From positions 384,001-448,000 of the forward strand of contig CAVYGB010000010.1 of the NCBI GenBank assembly GCA_963767925.1: 64,000 nucleotides of DNA, written 5' to 3'. Shown piece after piece: positions 9,537 through 19,556 of this stretch. A program made the translations under genes and the position numbers. Each line of letters opens with the position of its first letter. Positions within the stretch are counted from its first letter, which is position 1. This DNA is from an uncultured delta proteobacterium (GTDB lineage: Bacteria; Myxococcota_A; Polyangia; Fen-1088). Below the pieces are notes generated by a model that saw only the letters and a program-made list of their open reading frames with translations, was not told the origin of the DNA and did not search any database.

Positions 9537-12500
9537 GCGTCTTCGCCGCTGCTTCGTTCGCCCGAGGCCTTCGGGCGGCACAGCCGCTCCACACAGGCGC
9601 GCAGGCGCCGGACGTCGACCCCCAGGTCCTCCAGCCGGCGCTCGAGCCCGGCGTCGATGACGTGGCCGCGACCCAGCAGGCACCCGAGCAGCTCGCACAG
9701 CGCCTGGTCGCGCCCGCGCAGGTGATCGATGAGGCTGTCGCCCCGGCCGGCGGCCGCCCCGGCATCGCGGTCGCCCCCGCGCCACACCTGGACCGTCAGC
9801 GCGCGCTCGCGCGAAAAGGGCGTGCCCTTGCGGGTGCGACCCCGTGCGCGCACGCGCGCCCGGTAGACCCCCGGCCGGGGGAGGGCCAGCTCACCGGCAT
9901 AGGTGCCGGGCTCGGCCAGGGCGAGGGGGACGGTGCGGTGGCCGCCGCCGGGGAGCTCCACCTCGGCCCAGACCTGGGCGTCGGCCCTCGCGGGGATCCC
10001 CGCCTCGGTCAAGGTGGCCTGCAGGTGGGCCCGGTCTCCCGGCTCCCAGCCCGACTGCTCCGCGGTCGCCTGCAGGGAGATGCTGGAGTAGCTGTGCACC
10101 ACGAGGCTGTACGGGACCGCCCGGCCGGCGGCGGCGCCGGTGGCGCCCGCCCCGCTGGCTGCCGCTGCCCCTGCTGCGGCGGACGCCACCGGCGGACCGC
10201 CCGGCTGGCGGGCGAGGTTGAACGCCCGCACCTTCTCGTTGCGCACCCGTGGGACCGCAGCGCGCCCCAGGCCGGTCCGCTTGATTCCGCGCACGATGCC
10301 CCGATCGACACCGTCCTCCCGCCCGGGGGTGGGCTGCAGGCGCGGGTGTCCCAGCGTGAGCAGCGCGTGCCACAGCCCGCTCTGATCGAAGCGGTTCGCC
10401 TGGAGCTGCACCGGCAGGGCGAGCCGGTAGCAGCTCACCCCGCCGGACAGCACGAACCGCATGCCGGGATCACCCTGGGCCCGCCAGGGCTCGAGGATGA
10501 GGCCGGTCGGCGTCTGCAGGCGAAAGTCGACGATCTTGCTGTCGGGGGTCAGCAGGATGACGTCCACCCCCGCGTCGGCCTCGGTCAGCAAGAACGGCAC
10601 CCGCTGCACCTGCCCGGGGAGCAGCCGGCCCTGCGGATCGAGCACCACCTCGGCGTTGCTGATCCCCGCCAGGATCTCCAGGAAGTACTTCTGCAGGAGA
10701 AAGCGGTTGTCCCCGGCGATGGCCCCGCTGACCAGCAGGAAGCCACCCGTGTTGCCCGAGACCGTCTGCAGCGCCGGGGCGCTCGTGTTCTGAGGCGTCC
10801 CCAGGCCGATGGCGTAGGTCCGGGCATCGATCTGGGGCGCGACCTCGTGGATGTACCGGGCCCGGTTCTCCTTGCCGTCGGTCAGCACCACCAGCGCCTT
10901 CACGTCGAACGGCTGGGTGGCCGCCTGCAGGGCGCCCCGCCCCTCGAAGATGCCGTCGCCGATGGAGGTGGCGCCCTGCGGATCCAGGCCGTTGCCGGCG
11001 ATGAGATCCCGGGTGGCGTTGCGGTTGAGGTCGGACAGCCCGCCGCCGCCGAGGGGCAGCACCGGCTGCAACACCTGGGCGTCGTCGTTGTAGCGGACCA
11101 GCGCGGCGCCGTCTCCCTCCAGCATGAGGTCCACGAAGATGCTGGCGGCCTGCTGGAGCGAGGCGTGTTTGGATTGCCCGTCGCCCCGATCCTCGCCCAT
11201 GCTGCCGGACCGATCGAGCACCAGCGCCACCGCGGCGGTCTTGCGCGCGACGGTGTTGCCGGTGATGGTGACCTCCCAGGTCTGTCCGCTCGCGGGCTCC
11301 CGCACCGTGACCGTCTGCGGGTCGATGGCGGAGGGTGCCGCGCCGGTGCGGTAGATGACCCACAGGCGCGCCGTCACGACCTGGTTCGCCGTGGCCGGGC
11401 CCACCGTGACCGAAGGGACCGCGCCGACGAGCTGGGGATGTGACGGTCCGCCGCCCGGCGCGTACTCCAGCGTGACCCCTGCGCTGGGGGCGATGACCTC
11501 GAAGGTGATGGCCAGGGACTGCTCTCGCACCATCCCCATCGGCCCCTGGGGCACGTCCACGAAGTCCAGGTGGGGCGTGAGGAGGGCGATGGAGGGCTGC
11601 TCGCAGCGGTCGATCTCCTCCTTGCGGCTCCCCTGGGTGACAACGAAGCCGAGGGTGTGCCAGCGGGCGACCATCTCTTCGTAGTCGCCGATGTCGCGAT
11701 CCCACTCGACCCGCGTGGTCTGGCCCTGGGGAAACACCTCGTTCGGGCGGGGCACCGGCCACCAGTTGTCCGCGCAGGCCAAAAAGTCCGCCTGCCAGGG
11801 CAAGGCCATGGTGTAGGTGATGTCGCCCGGGCTGACCACGGCGTGATCGAGCCGGAAGGCGGCGGCATAGTTCGCCGGATCGAGGATGGGACGGGAGCTG
11901 GCGTCCAGGCCACCGGCCTCGATCCCGGGAAAGAACGAGCCGCCGGCGCAGGCCTCCAGGGCGGCGCGATCGAGGCCGTCGGGGGTGACGCTGGCCTCGG
12001 GCGGGGGGACGCCCGCCCAGTCGTTGAAGTAGTCGTTGTTCTTCCAGCGCTCCATGTGGGCGTACTGGGTGGCCGTCAGGTTGTTGTCGCCGGTGCCCGA
12101 GTCGTTGAGCTGGGGCATGTCGCCGCCGCCCGCGGGGGTGCCCAGGCGCGAGAAGATCCCGATCCGGGTGGCCTCGTCGGTCACGGGATCGATCCAGGCG
12201 TGCGGCGAGGTGCCGATGGTCTCCACCCAGCGGATGTCCCGCGCCCGCTGCAAGACGGGAAAGACATCCTTGCTGTACGAGGTGGCGCCGGGCGCGGCCG
12301 CCAGCCCGCCGTCGACCATGGCCTGCAGCACCCGATCGAAGAGCGTGATGGGGCTGTCCATGTGGGGGGCGAACTTCGGTGGCGCCGCGATGACCCAGGC
12401 CCCCACCACCGGCGGCGTCTCGCCGCCAGCCCGGAGCTTGATGCTGGCCCGGACCGGCCCGTCCGACACGTCGTCGTACCAATCCTCGTTGCCCCAGAAG

Positions 12501-12994
12501 CTGGAGATGCCCGAGCCGGGCGGCGAAGCGGAGGTGCCGAACCCGCCGAGCACCAGCAAGCGCCCCTGGTCGTCGGTGCGGATCTCCCCCAGGGGCACCG
12601 CCACCGCGGCCTCCCCGGAAAACCGGATGACCCCGCTGTCGAACACCGCCCGCTGGTCCGGCCCGCTCAAGGTGCGGGCGCCCGGGTCGATGTCGAGATC
12701 GGCCGCCGCCTCGGTGTTTCCGCGCCCCGGGTTGCTCGCCTTCTTGTTGGCCAGGTGAACCGTCCAGGCGATCTCCGCCTCGACGTCGGTGATCTCCTCC
12801 ACGGTGCCATCGTCGTGGTGGCCGAAGATGCGAAACCTCGCCGCCTGCCGCTTGACCCGGCACTGGGCATCCTTGAACCCGCCCGCCGGCTGGGGCCGCT
12901 CCCCCACCCGCTCCGGCCCGATGAAGAACCCGTCCGGGCTGTTGCCAACCCGCCCGATGCCAATCGCAGGATGAATCTTGTAGATCGTCGCCAT
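9533..12994 (-). CDS. LodA/GoxA-family CTQ-dependent oxidase fused to beta-rich, vWA and C-terminal domains, 1153 aa
   Basis: IHPAIGIGRVGNS, KRQAARFRIF, WYDDVSDGPV, CAGGSFFPGIE, PWQADFLACADNWWP; vWA MIDAS LDRSGSM...TSIGDG...VLTDG. Confidence 0.93.
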   Translation of the reverse strand: MATIYKIHPAIGIGRVGNSPDGFFIGPERVGERPQPAGGFKDAQCRVKRQAARFRIFGHHDDGTVEEITDVEAEIAWTVHLANKKASNPGRGNTEAAADLDIDPGARTLSGPDQRAVFDSGVIRFSGEAAVAVPLGEIRTDDQGRLLVLGGFGTSASPPGSGISSFWGNEDWYDDVSDGPVRASIKLRAGGETPPVVGAWVIAAPPKFAPHMDSPITLFDRVLQAMVDGGLAAAPGATSYSKDVFPVLQRARDIRWVETIGTSPHAWIDPVTDEATRIGIFSRLGTPAGGGDMPQLNDSGTGDNNLTATQYAHMERWKNNDYFNDWAGVPPPEASVTPDGLDRAALEACAGGSFFPGIEAGGLDASSRPILDPANYAAAFRLDHAVVSPGDITYTMALPWQADFLACADNWWPVPRPNEVFPQGQTTRVEWDRDIGDYEEMVARWHTLGFVVTQGSRKEEIDRCEQPSIALLTPHLDFVDVPQGPMGMVREQSLAITFEVIAPSAGVTLEYAPGGGPSHPQLVGAVPSVTVGPATANQVVTARLWVIYRTGAAPSAIDPQTVTVREPASGQTWEVTITGNTVARKTAAVALVLDRSGSMGEDRGDGQSKHASLQQAASIFVDLMLEGDGAALVRYNDDAQVLQPVLPLGGGGLSDLNRNATRDLIAGNGLDPQGATSIGDGIFEGRGALQAATQPFDVKALVVLTDGKENRARYIHEVAPQIDARTYAIGLGTPQNTSAPALQTVSGNTGGFLLVSGAIAGDNRFLLQKYFLEILAGISNAEVVLDPQGRLLPGQVQRVPFLLTEADAGVDVILLTPDSKIVDFRLQTPTGLILEPWRAQGDPGMRFVLSGGVSCYRLALPVQLQANRFDQSGLWHALLTLGHPRLQPTPGREDGVDRGIVRGIKRTGLGRAAVPRVRNEKVRAFNLARQPGGPPVASAAAGAAAASGAGATGAAAGRAVPYSLVVHSYSSISLQATAEQSGWEPGDRAHLQATLTEAGIPARADAQVWAEVELPGGGHRTVPLALAEPGTYAGELALPRPGVYRARVRARGRTRKGTPFSRERALTVQVWRGGDRDAGAAAGRGDSLIDHLRGRDQALCELLGCLLGRGHVIDAGLERRLEDLGVDVRRLRACVERLCRPKASGERSSGEDA

Positions 12995-13010
12995 GACGAT
13001 CCTTCAACGG

Positions 13011-13040
13011 CGGCGGCAGGCCGGTATTCCCCTGCCGCCG
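13011..13040. promoter_or_regulatory. Perfect 10-bp hairpin just upstream of the lodA-like RBS
   Basis: CGGCGGCAGG-CCGGTATTCC-CCTGCCGCCG; no U-tract. Confidence 0.45.
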
Positions 13041-13102
13041 GCGCTGTCGTCGCGCGCACAGGGGAGGAAGGACCGGCGCCCAGGCCGGCCCTGGCGGCCG
13101 GC

Positions 13103-14467
13103 TCAGCCGGTGCGGAGCGCGCCGGCGACGCTGCTGATGGTGGCGAACAGGGCGAGGCGGTCCAGGATCGCGAAGCGGGCGGGCATGAGCTCGCGCAGCT
13201 CGGTCTCCTGGGGCGTGCCCTTGACGTTCCAGTAGGTCAGCAGGGCCTCGGCGAAGTCCTCGGAGGGGTTGAACCGCGGGGGGTTGCCCTGGACTTCTTT
13301 GGGGTCGGTGTGCTTGGTGTGGCCATAGTTCGAGGGGTACAGGCCATCCGAGGCGATGGCGCTCTGCCAGTCGTCCCAGCGCTGGTCGAAGGTCCAGTTC
13401 CCGAGCATGACGTCGCTGAACATGTGGGCGGCCTCGTGGATCATGAGGCGGTCGAGGGGAGCCTGGTCGGCGGTGCCGGGGAAGACGATGATCTTGCCGT
13501 TCCCCCCGTTGGCGCCGCCGCCGCGGGCCGTGTCGCCGGAGACGAAGACGTCTTTCGTGTATTGCAGGGCGTGCGCCGGCATCGTCGCCAGCGACAGGGC
13601 GACCATGTCGGCGGTCGGGGAGTTGGCGGGGGGCGGCTCGGCGATGGTGACCTTGATGGTGCGACCCCGGAGGGTCACGTCGTATTGCTTGGCGGGGGCG
13701 CTTGTCTCGTCGACCCCGACGTTGGCGGTCACGTCCACCCCGGCCGAGACGGTGAAGGCGACCGCCGGTCCCCGCATGGGAAACAGGTCGGCGGCGCCGC
13801 CGGGCAAATACGATTGCTCGTCGAGGAAGGTACGCAGCTTCCCGGCGGAGGAGGGGCCGTCGAAGAGCTGCAGCTCCAGCATCCGGGTCGCCAGGGCTTC
13901 CCGGGCGCGATCGCTCAGCGGGTTCTTGCCCCCGATGTCCTTCATCAGGCGGAACTGGTCGCTGGGGTCGAGGTGCGAAAATCCCGGGAGGGTGGCCAGA
14001 TCGGTGATGGTGCGACGGGCGTTGCTGGCGCTGATGTCCGGCAAGATGACCAGGCCCGGGTCGCGCCCCGGGATGGGCTTCGCATCCCGGTGTTTGCTCA
14101 GCTCGTACACCGCCCAGTCCTGGGTGGTCTCGGGGAGGCCGCGGAAGCTGGCGCTGGCCGCCATCCGCTGCATCGAGGGCAGCGACTCGGGCGCGTTGCC
14201 CACGTCGGCCAGCATCCGATCGCGAATCGCGGGGGCCAGCTCCGCGAAACCGGGCGACGCCGCGAGCGCCGCCTTCGGGTCGCCGGCCGGGCGCTCCAGC
14301 CGCGGCAGTCCCTCGAAGCGCAGCGCCGCCTCCGGCCGGAAGGCCAGCTCGATCTGATCCTGCGCGGCGAGGGGCGTCGCCTGGAGCGAGGAGTCGACCT
14401 TCGACGGCCCCTCGTCGAACAGCTCGGGCGACACGCGAGAACCAGAGAGACGATCGAGTTGAATCAT
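13103..14467 (-). CDS. Putative zinc metallopeptidase (HEXXH) with helical N-terminal region
   Basis: LMIHEAAHM and downstream SNYG...NPSEDFAE; no signal peptide; start chosen at ATG 14467. Confidence 0.7.
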   Translation of the reverse strand: MIQLDRLSGSRVSPELFDEGPSKVDSSLQATPLAAQDQIELAFRPEAALRFEGLPRLERPAGDPKAALAASPGFAELAPAIRDRMLADVGNAPESLPSMQRMAASASFRGLPETTQDWAVYELSKHRDAKPIPGRDPGLVILPDISASNARRTITDLATLPGFSHLDPSDQFRLMKDIGGKNPLSDRAREALATRMLELQLFDGPSSAGKLRTFLDEQSYLPGGAADLFPMRGPAVAFTVSAGVDVTANVGVDETSAPAKQYDVTLRGRTIKVTIAEPPPANSPTADMVALSLATMPAHALQYTKDVFVSGDTARGGGANGGNGKIIVFPGTADQAPLDRLMIHEAAHMFSDVMLGNWTFDQRWDDWQSAIASDGLYPSNYGHTKHTDPKEVQGNPPRFNPSEDFAEALLTYWNVKGTPQETELRELMPARFAILDRLALFATISSVAGALRTG

Positions 14468-14943
14468 GGTGACCTTCTCGGTTTCCCCGCCCCGGTGTTG
14501 CCGCCGGCGCGCCGATTCCATGTGTCGCGTTTGGTGTCGGCCCGCCGCCGCCCCGTCTCCGGACGGGCCGGGACCGGGACCTTCCCCTGAGGGATCTCGC
14601 CCGGCACCGCGCTTCACGGTGCAGAGGGCGACGCCCGAGGATCTCGAGCTGCCTCGGGGAGGCGGCTCGGCGTGGCAAATGCGACGTCCTAGACCGCCCG
14701 GAGGGACGGCCACCACCAGCGGCGGCGGGACGAGCGCGACGACATGGCCCGATGGTGCGGGTCGCCCCTCACCTTGTCAAGCGCGCCGGCGCAGGGTGTC
14801 GCATCGGGCTTCGTCTGACGGAAGTAAAATTCGCGCGAGCCTTCCGTCGCGGACGGCCCGGGACCGCTGGCCCGGGCGCGGCCGCCAGGTGGACCGGCAG
14901 CCGGGGCTTGTGGCGGGGGCGGTTTAATCGGTAAAGAGGACGG

Positions 14944-16119
14944 ATGAACGACTCCCCGGCAGGCCGCGTCCGCCTCCCCTTCGCCCTGGTCGCGTCGTGT
15001 TCCGTCTGGCTGGCCTGTGCGGGGCAGTCGGCGAATCAGGGTGCCAGCGGGGTCTTCAGCCCCGAGGACTGGGAGCACTCGAAGGTCATCACCCTCGACA
15101 CGACCGCGGCGGGGGCCAACGTCAGCGAAGACGTCGAGCACTACCCGCTGGCGGTGCTGCTCGACCGGAGCCGGTTCGACTTCGATCAGGCGCAGCCCGG
15201 CGGGGCGGACCTCCGGTTCTTCGACAGCGCCGGCAAGCCGCTGCCCCACGCCATCGAGCTGTGGGACAAGCAGGCCGGCAAGGCCGCCGTCTGGGTGTTG
15301 CTCGACCGGGTCAAGGCGAGCAGTCAGGACCAGTCGATCGTGATGCGCTGGGGGCACCCGCACGCGCCCGACGCCAGCGACTCGAAGGCGGTGTTCCGCA
15401 AGGAGAACGGCTTCGTCGGCGTCTGGCACCTCGACGAGGAGGGCAACACCAGCCCCGACGGCTACCGGGACGCCAGCGATCACGAAGCGCACGGCACCGG
15501 CGTCGGCATGGTCCCGGGCTCGCGGGTCGACGCGCGGGTGGGCAAGGGCGTGCACCTCGACAACCCGAAGGGCCAGGAGACCGCCCGCTGGATCCGGGTC
15601 AGCGGCGACAAGACCACCCGGTTCAACCCGGGCCCGCCGATCACGGTCTCGATCTGGGCGCTCGGCTATTCGTACCCCATCCGCAGCTACGAGACGATGA
15701 TCGCCAAGGGCGACACCTCCTGGACCCTGCAGCGGGTGCAGTACTCCAGCGGCCAGGGCTACCAGACCTGCGTGCGCGTCCCCAGCTACCACCTGTGCGC
15801 GTACAACTTCGCCGGTCAGGGGCTGGTCACCAAGCAGTGGCTGCACTTCATGGTCGTGCTGCAGGAGCCGAGCATGAAGATCTACATCAACGGCCAGCTC
15901 AACGCGTCCCAGGAGGCGGGCCCCTGGAACAAGGGGACGCACGACCTCGGCATCGGCAACCAGACCCAGAACCTCAACGGCCGCCGCCAGTGGGACGGCA
16001 TCCTCGACGAGGCCCGGGTGATGCAAGCCATCCGCAGCCCGGCCTGGGCCAAGCTGGACTACGAGACCCAGCGCGAGTCCCCCACCCTCCTCAAGTTCGG
16101 CGAGACCCGGACCCGCTGA
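14944..16119 (+). CDS. Secreted DUF2341 + LamG/concanavalin-like domain lipoprotein
   Basis: Lipobox-like WLACAG; GADLRFFD...LPHAIELWD...AAVWV (DUF2341); GVWHLDE...WLHF...GILDEARV (LamG). Confidence 0.85.
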   Translation: MNDSPAGRVRLPFALVASCSVWLACAGQSANQGASGVFSPEDWEHSKVITLDTTAAGANVSEDVEHYPLAVLLDRSRFDFDQAQPGGADLRFFDSAGKPLPHAIELWDKQAGKAAVWVLLDRVKASSQDQSIVMRWGHPHAPDASDSKAVFRKENGFVGVWHLDEEGNTSPDGYRDASDHEAHGTGVGMVPGSRVDARVGKGVHLDNPKGQETARWIRVSGDKTTRFNPGPPITVSIWALGYSYPIRSYETMIAKGDTSWTLQRVQYSSGQGYQTCVRVPSYHLCAYNFAGQGLVTKQWLHFMVVLQEPSMKIYINGQLNASQEAGPWNKGTHDLGIGNQTQNLNGRRQWDGILDEARVMQAIRSPAWAKLDYETQRESPTLLKFGETRTR

Positions 16120-16205
16120 CCCCGGATCGAGGCAGGGCCCCCGCTGCGCCCTGCCGGGACTCGCGCTCCGTGCCCCGCTGACGCCGGGGCGGCGTTACGG
16201 CGCGC

Positions 16206-17681
16206 CTACTTCTCGCCCGCCACCGGCTGGCCGTTGATTCGCACCTGCTCGAAGCGGGCCTGCTGGGTGTTGGCCACCTGGGTGGGGGTGGCGGCCTGCT
16301 TGATGACGATGTCGCGCAGGTGCAGGTCGCGGATGGGGAGCTGGGGGAGCCCGTCGGAGATGACGCCGTGGTTGGCCTCGTCGCAGACCACCCGATCGAA
16401 GCTCATCTTCCGGAAGGCGGTGGGGTGGGCGTGGTCCTTCACGTCGTTGTAGGTCGATTCGAGCATGATGCAGCGGTCGGCCTTGGCGACCTGGACGTTG
16501 CGGGCGTGGATGTTCTCCACGAACCCGCCCCGGTCGGTGTTGGACTTCACGTAGAGCGCCCGTCCGACCTGCCCCATCCAGACGTTGTCGATGAACACGT
16601 TGCGGACCCCGCCGCCCACCTCGCTGCCGATGACGACCCCGCCCCAGTGGGCATAGGCGAAGGTGGAGTTGCGCACGATGATGTTCTCCGAGGGGGGACC
16701 GCTCCAGGCGTCGTTGTCCCGCCCCGACTTGATGGCGATGTTGTCGTCGACCGTATCGAAGTGCGACCCGTCGACGAGGACGTCCTGGCTGGAGTCGGGG
16801 TCGAAGCCGTCGTCGTTGCCGATCCGGTTTGGGTGGCTGCGCTTGACCGTCACGTTGCGCACGCTGATGTTGCGGGAGAAGGCCGGGTGCAGCGTCCAGA
16901 ACGGGCTGCCCGTGAAGGTGACCCCGTGGAGCAGGATGTTCTCACACTCGTAGACGTGAAAGAGCTGCGGCCGCAGCTTGCTGCCCTTGCCGAACACCCG
17001 CTTGGCCACCGGCACGCCCTTTTGCCCCATCGCCCGCAGCGCTTCGCGCGACTTGGCCGGCACGGGCTCGAGCTTGAGCAGCTCCAGCCAGCCGCTGCCG
17101 TCGGTGCCGGCCTGGCCGTCGATGGTGCCGCGGCCGGTGATGGCGATGTTCTTCTCCTTGTACGCGTAGATGAGCGGCGAGTAGTTGTACGCGCGCGTCC
17201 CCTCCCAGCGCACCAGCACCGGCGGCAGGTAGTGGCCGGGGTTGGTGCTGAAGCGGATGACGGCCCGCTCGAGCAGGTGCAGGTTGATCCCGCTCTTCAA
17301 ATAGATGGGACCGTGCAGGAGAAAGTCCCCGGCCGGCACGACGACCCGCCCGCCGCCCGCCTTGGCGCAGGTGTCGATGGCCTTCTTGAAGGCCGCCCGC
17401 GCATCGGTGCGGCCGTCGCCCTTGGCTCCGTGCTGGGTCACGTCGCAGTCCCGCTCGGGAAAGCGCGGCGGCACGATGCGGGCGAGGATCGCCGGCACCT
17501 GCTCCCAGGCCGGGTCGGAGGGGGGAGGCGCCGGCGCGGGCGCCGGCGTCGGAACGACCGCCGGCGCTGCCACCACCTCCGGCTCGCGGTCACCCCCGCC
17601 GGTGGCACAGGCGGTCAGGAGGGCCGCCAGCGGCAGCAAGCGGCGCACGGTAAAAGACGGGTGAAAAGCGTGTCGGATCAT
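16206..17681 (-). CDS. Glycoside hydrolase family 28 (polygalacturonase-like) lipoprotein
   Basis: LLTAC lipobox; GAKGDGRTD, NDDGFDP, DDNIAIKSG, IGSE, VKS motifs. Confidence 0.92.
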   Translation of the reverse strand: MIRHAFHPSFTVRRLLPLAALLTACATGGGDREPEVVAAPAVVPTPAPAPAPPPSDPAWEQVPAILARIVPPRFPERDCDVTQHGAKGDGRTDARAAFKKAIDTCAKAGGGRVVVPAGDFLLHGPIYLKSGINLHLLERAVIRFSTNPGHYLPPVLVRWEGTRAYNYSPLIYAYKEKNIAITGRGTIDGQAGTDGSGWLELLKLEPVPAKSREALRAMGQKGVPVAKRVFGKGSKLRPQLFHVYECENILLHGVTFTGSPFWTLHPAFSRNISVRNVTVKRSHPNRIGNDDGFDPDSSQDVLVDGSHFDTVDDNIAIKSGRDNDAWSGPPSENIIVRNSTFAYAHWGGVVIGSEVGGGVRNVFIDNVWMGQVGRALYVKSNTDRGGFVENIHARNVQVAKADRCIMLESTYNDVKDHAHPTAFRKMSFDRVVCDEANHGVISDGLPQLPIRDLHLRDIVIKQAATPTQVANTQQARFEQVRINGQPVAGEK

Positions 17682-17819
17682 GGCGAACCTCCCGGGAACG
17701 TCTGGGCCTGCACGCTCACACGATCGCCTTGAAAACGGAAGCGCGCTCCGGGGCGGCGTCGCTTGAGGAGAGAACTACGGGCGGGCTCCCTCCTCGCTTT
17801 CGACTTAAAGTGGGCGCGC

Positions 17820-19556
17820 ATGCCTACAACGATCCCGACCCCCGGGAGCACGATCGCGTCACGCCGGTCGGCCCGGCGCGTAACGAGCATCCTCCTGGGC
17901 ACGGCGGTCAGCGGGCTCGCCCTGGCGTTGCCGCTCCCCGCGGTCGCGCTGCCGGCGGCGCCGGGCGCCGACTTGAAGAGTCAGCTCGCCGCGGAGGTGG
18001 CGGTCCACTTCCGGCCCGACCTGCCGGGGGCCGCGGTGCTCGTGCGCAAGGGCAAGGAGATCCTCCTGCGGAAGGGATACGGGATGGGCGACCTCGCGCG
18101 GGGCCGACCGGTGCTGCCCGAACAGGTCTTCCGGATCGGCTCGCTCACCAAGCCGTTCACCGCGACCGCCATCATGCTCCTGGCCGACGCGGGCAAGCTG
18201 TCGGTCGAGGACGATATCCGGAAGTATTTGCCCCAGTACCCGACCCACGACGCGCCAATCACCATCGAGCACCTGCTCACCCACACCTCGGGGATCCCGG
18301 GCTACACCGAGCAGCGCGGGTTCACCCAGAAGATGGGACAGGACATCGAGCCGGCCGCGCTGGTCGACCAGTTCAAGGACCTGCCGCTCGAGTTCCTGCC
18401 CGGCTCGCGCATGAAGTACTCGAACTCCGGGTACCACCTGCTCGGCCTCATCATCGAGAAGGTCTCGGGGCAGCCCTACGGCCGGTTCGTGGCCCAGAAG
18501 ATCTTCAAGCCGCTCGGCATGACCCACAGCGGATATGGCGACGATCCCAAGCTCGACCGCGTGCTGGGGTACAGCCGGGGCAAGGAGGGGCCACCCCTGG
18601 CCGCGACCCCCATCAGCATGAAGATCCCCTTCGCCGCCGGGGGCCTCGTCTCGTCGGTCGATGACCTCGCCCGCTGGGACAGCGCCATCCAGGCCGGCAA
18701 GCTGCTGAAGAAGGACACCTGGAAGCGCGTGTTCACCCCCACCCGGCTGATGGACGGACGCGCCACCGACTACGGCTACGGCTGGAGCGTCGGCAACCTC
18801 GAGGGCCACCCGGCCCAGCGACACGGCGGCGGCATCCCGGGCTTCGCCAGCCACATCCTGCGGGTGCCCGACGAGGGCCTGCTGGTGGCCATCCTGTTCA
18901 ACTCGATCCCCGGCCCCACCGACCCGGCCCTGCTGGCGCACCGGCTGGCGATGATCGCCCTCGGCAAGCCGCTGGTCGACCCCAAGGTCGCAAAGGTCGA
19001 GGGCGCCGTGCTCGACCGCTACCCCGGGGTCTACCGCACCCGGGACCGGGGCGCCGTCCTGGTCCGCCGCGACAGCGACCACCTGACCGTGCAGCCGCTC
19101 GGCGCCCCCCCGCTCGACGCCTGGCCCGAGTCGGACAGCCGCTACTTCGTCAAGGGTCAGCCGCTGCGCTTCGCCTTCACCACCGGCGCGGGCGGCACCG
19201 TCAGCGAGCTGGCGATCACCGGCCCCACCGGGAACGTCGATCGCGCGGTCCGCACCTCCGAGCGCCTGCCCGCCGAGCGGCCGGCGGCGACCCTGGCGCC
19301 CGCGGTGCTCGATCGCTACGTCGGCGAATACCGCATGACCCCCGACTTCGCCATCACCGTCACCCGCAGCGGCACCCAGCTCTTCGCCCAGGCCACCGAC
19401 CAGCCCCGGGTGGAGATGGTCCCCGGCCGCCCCGGCGAATTCAACCTCCGCGCGATCGACGCCCAGCTCACCTTCCCCAGCAGGGGCAACGCGCTCCCCG
19501 AGATGGTGCTCCTGCGCCAGAACGGGCGCACCCTCCCCGGCAAACGCGTCCGCTGA
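17820..19556 (+). CDS. Serine hydrolase (beta-lactamase/S12 family) with two C-terminal DUF3471-like domains
   Basis: FRIGSLTK (SxxK), YSN, HGG; two LDRYxGxY repeats; signal peptide. Confidence 0.9.
   Translation: MPTTIPTPGSTIASRRSARRVTSILLGTAVSGLALALPLPAVALPAAPGADLKSQLAAEVAVHFRPDLPGAAVLVRKGKEILLRKGYGMGDLARGRPVLPEQVFRIGSLTKPFTATAIMLLADAGKLSVEDDIRKYLPQYPTHDAPITIEHLLTHTSGIPGYTEQRGFTQKMGQDIEPAALVDQFKDLPLEFLPGSRMKYSNSGYHLLGLIIEKVSGQPYGRFVAQKIFKPLGMTHSGYGDDPKLDRVLGYSRGKEGPPLAATPISMKIPFAAGGLVSSVDDLARWDSAIQAGKLLKKDTWKRVFTPTRLMDGRATDYGYGWSVGNLEGHPAQRHGGGIPGFASHILRVPDEGLLVAILFNSIPGPTDPALLAHRLAMIALGKPLVDPKVAKVEGAVLDRYPGVYRTRDRGAVLVRRDSDHLTVQPLGAPPLDAWPESDSRYFVKGQPLRFAFTTGAGGTVSELAITGPTGNVDRAVRTSERLPAERPAATLAPAVLDRYVGEYRMTPDFAITVTRSGTQLFAQATDQPRVEMVPGRPGEFNLRAIDAQLTFPSRGNALPEMVLLRQNGRTLPGKRVR

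Noticed and set aside
10470..14678. Very long alternative-frame and antisense ORFs (e.g. 1402 aa, 1006 aa, and 1236 aa at 55845-59555)
   Set aside because: Arg/Pro/Gly-rich shadow ORFs expected at high GC; they overlap well-supported genes
14470..14940. Riboswitch or ncRNA in long intergenic regions (also 32540-32900, 34340-34680)
   Set aside because: Only isolated GC-rich hairpins; no recognisable conserved RNA motif
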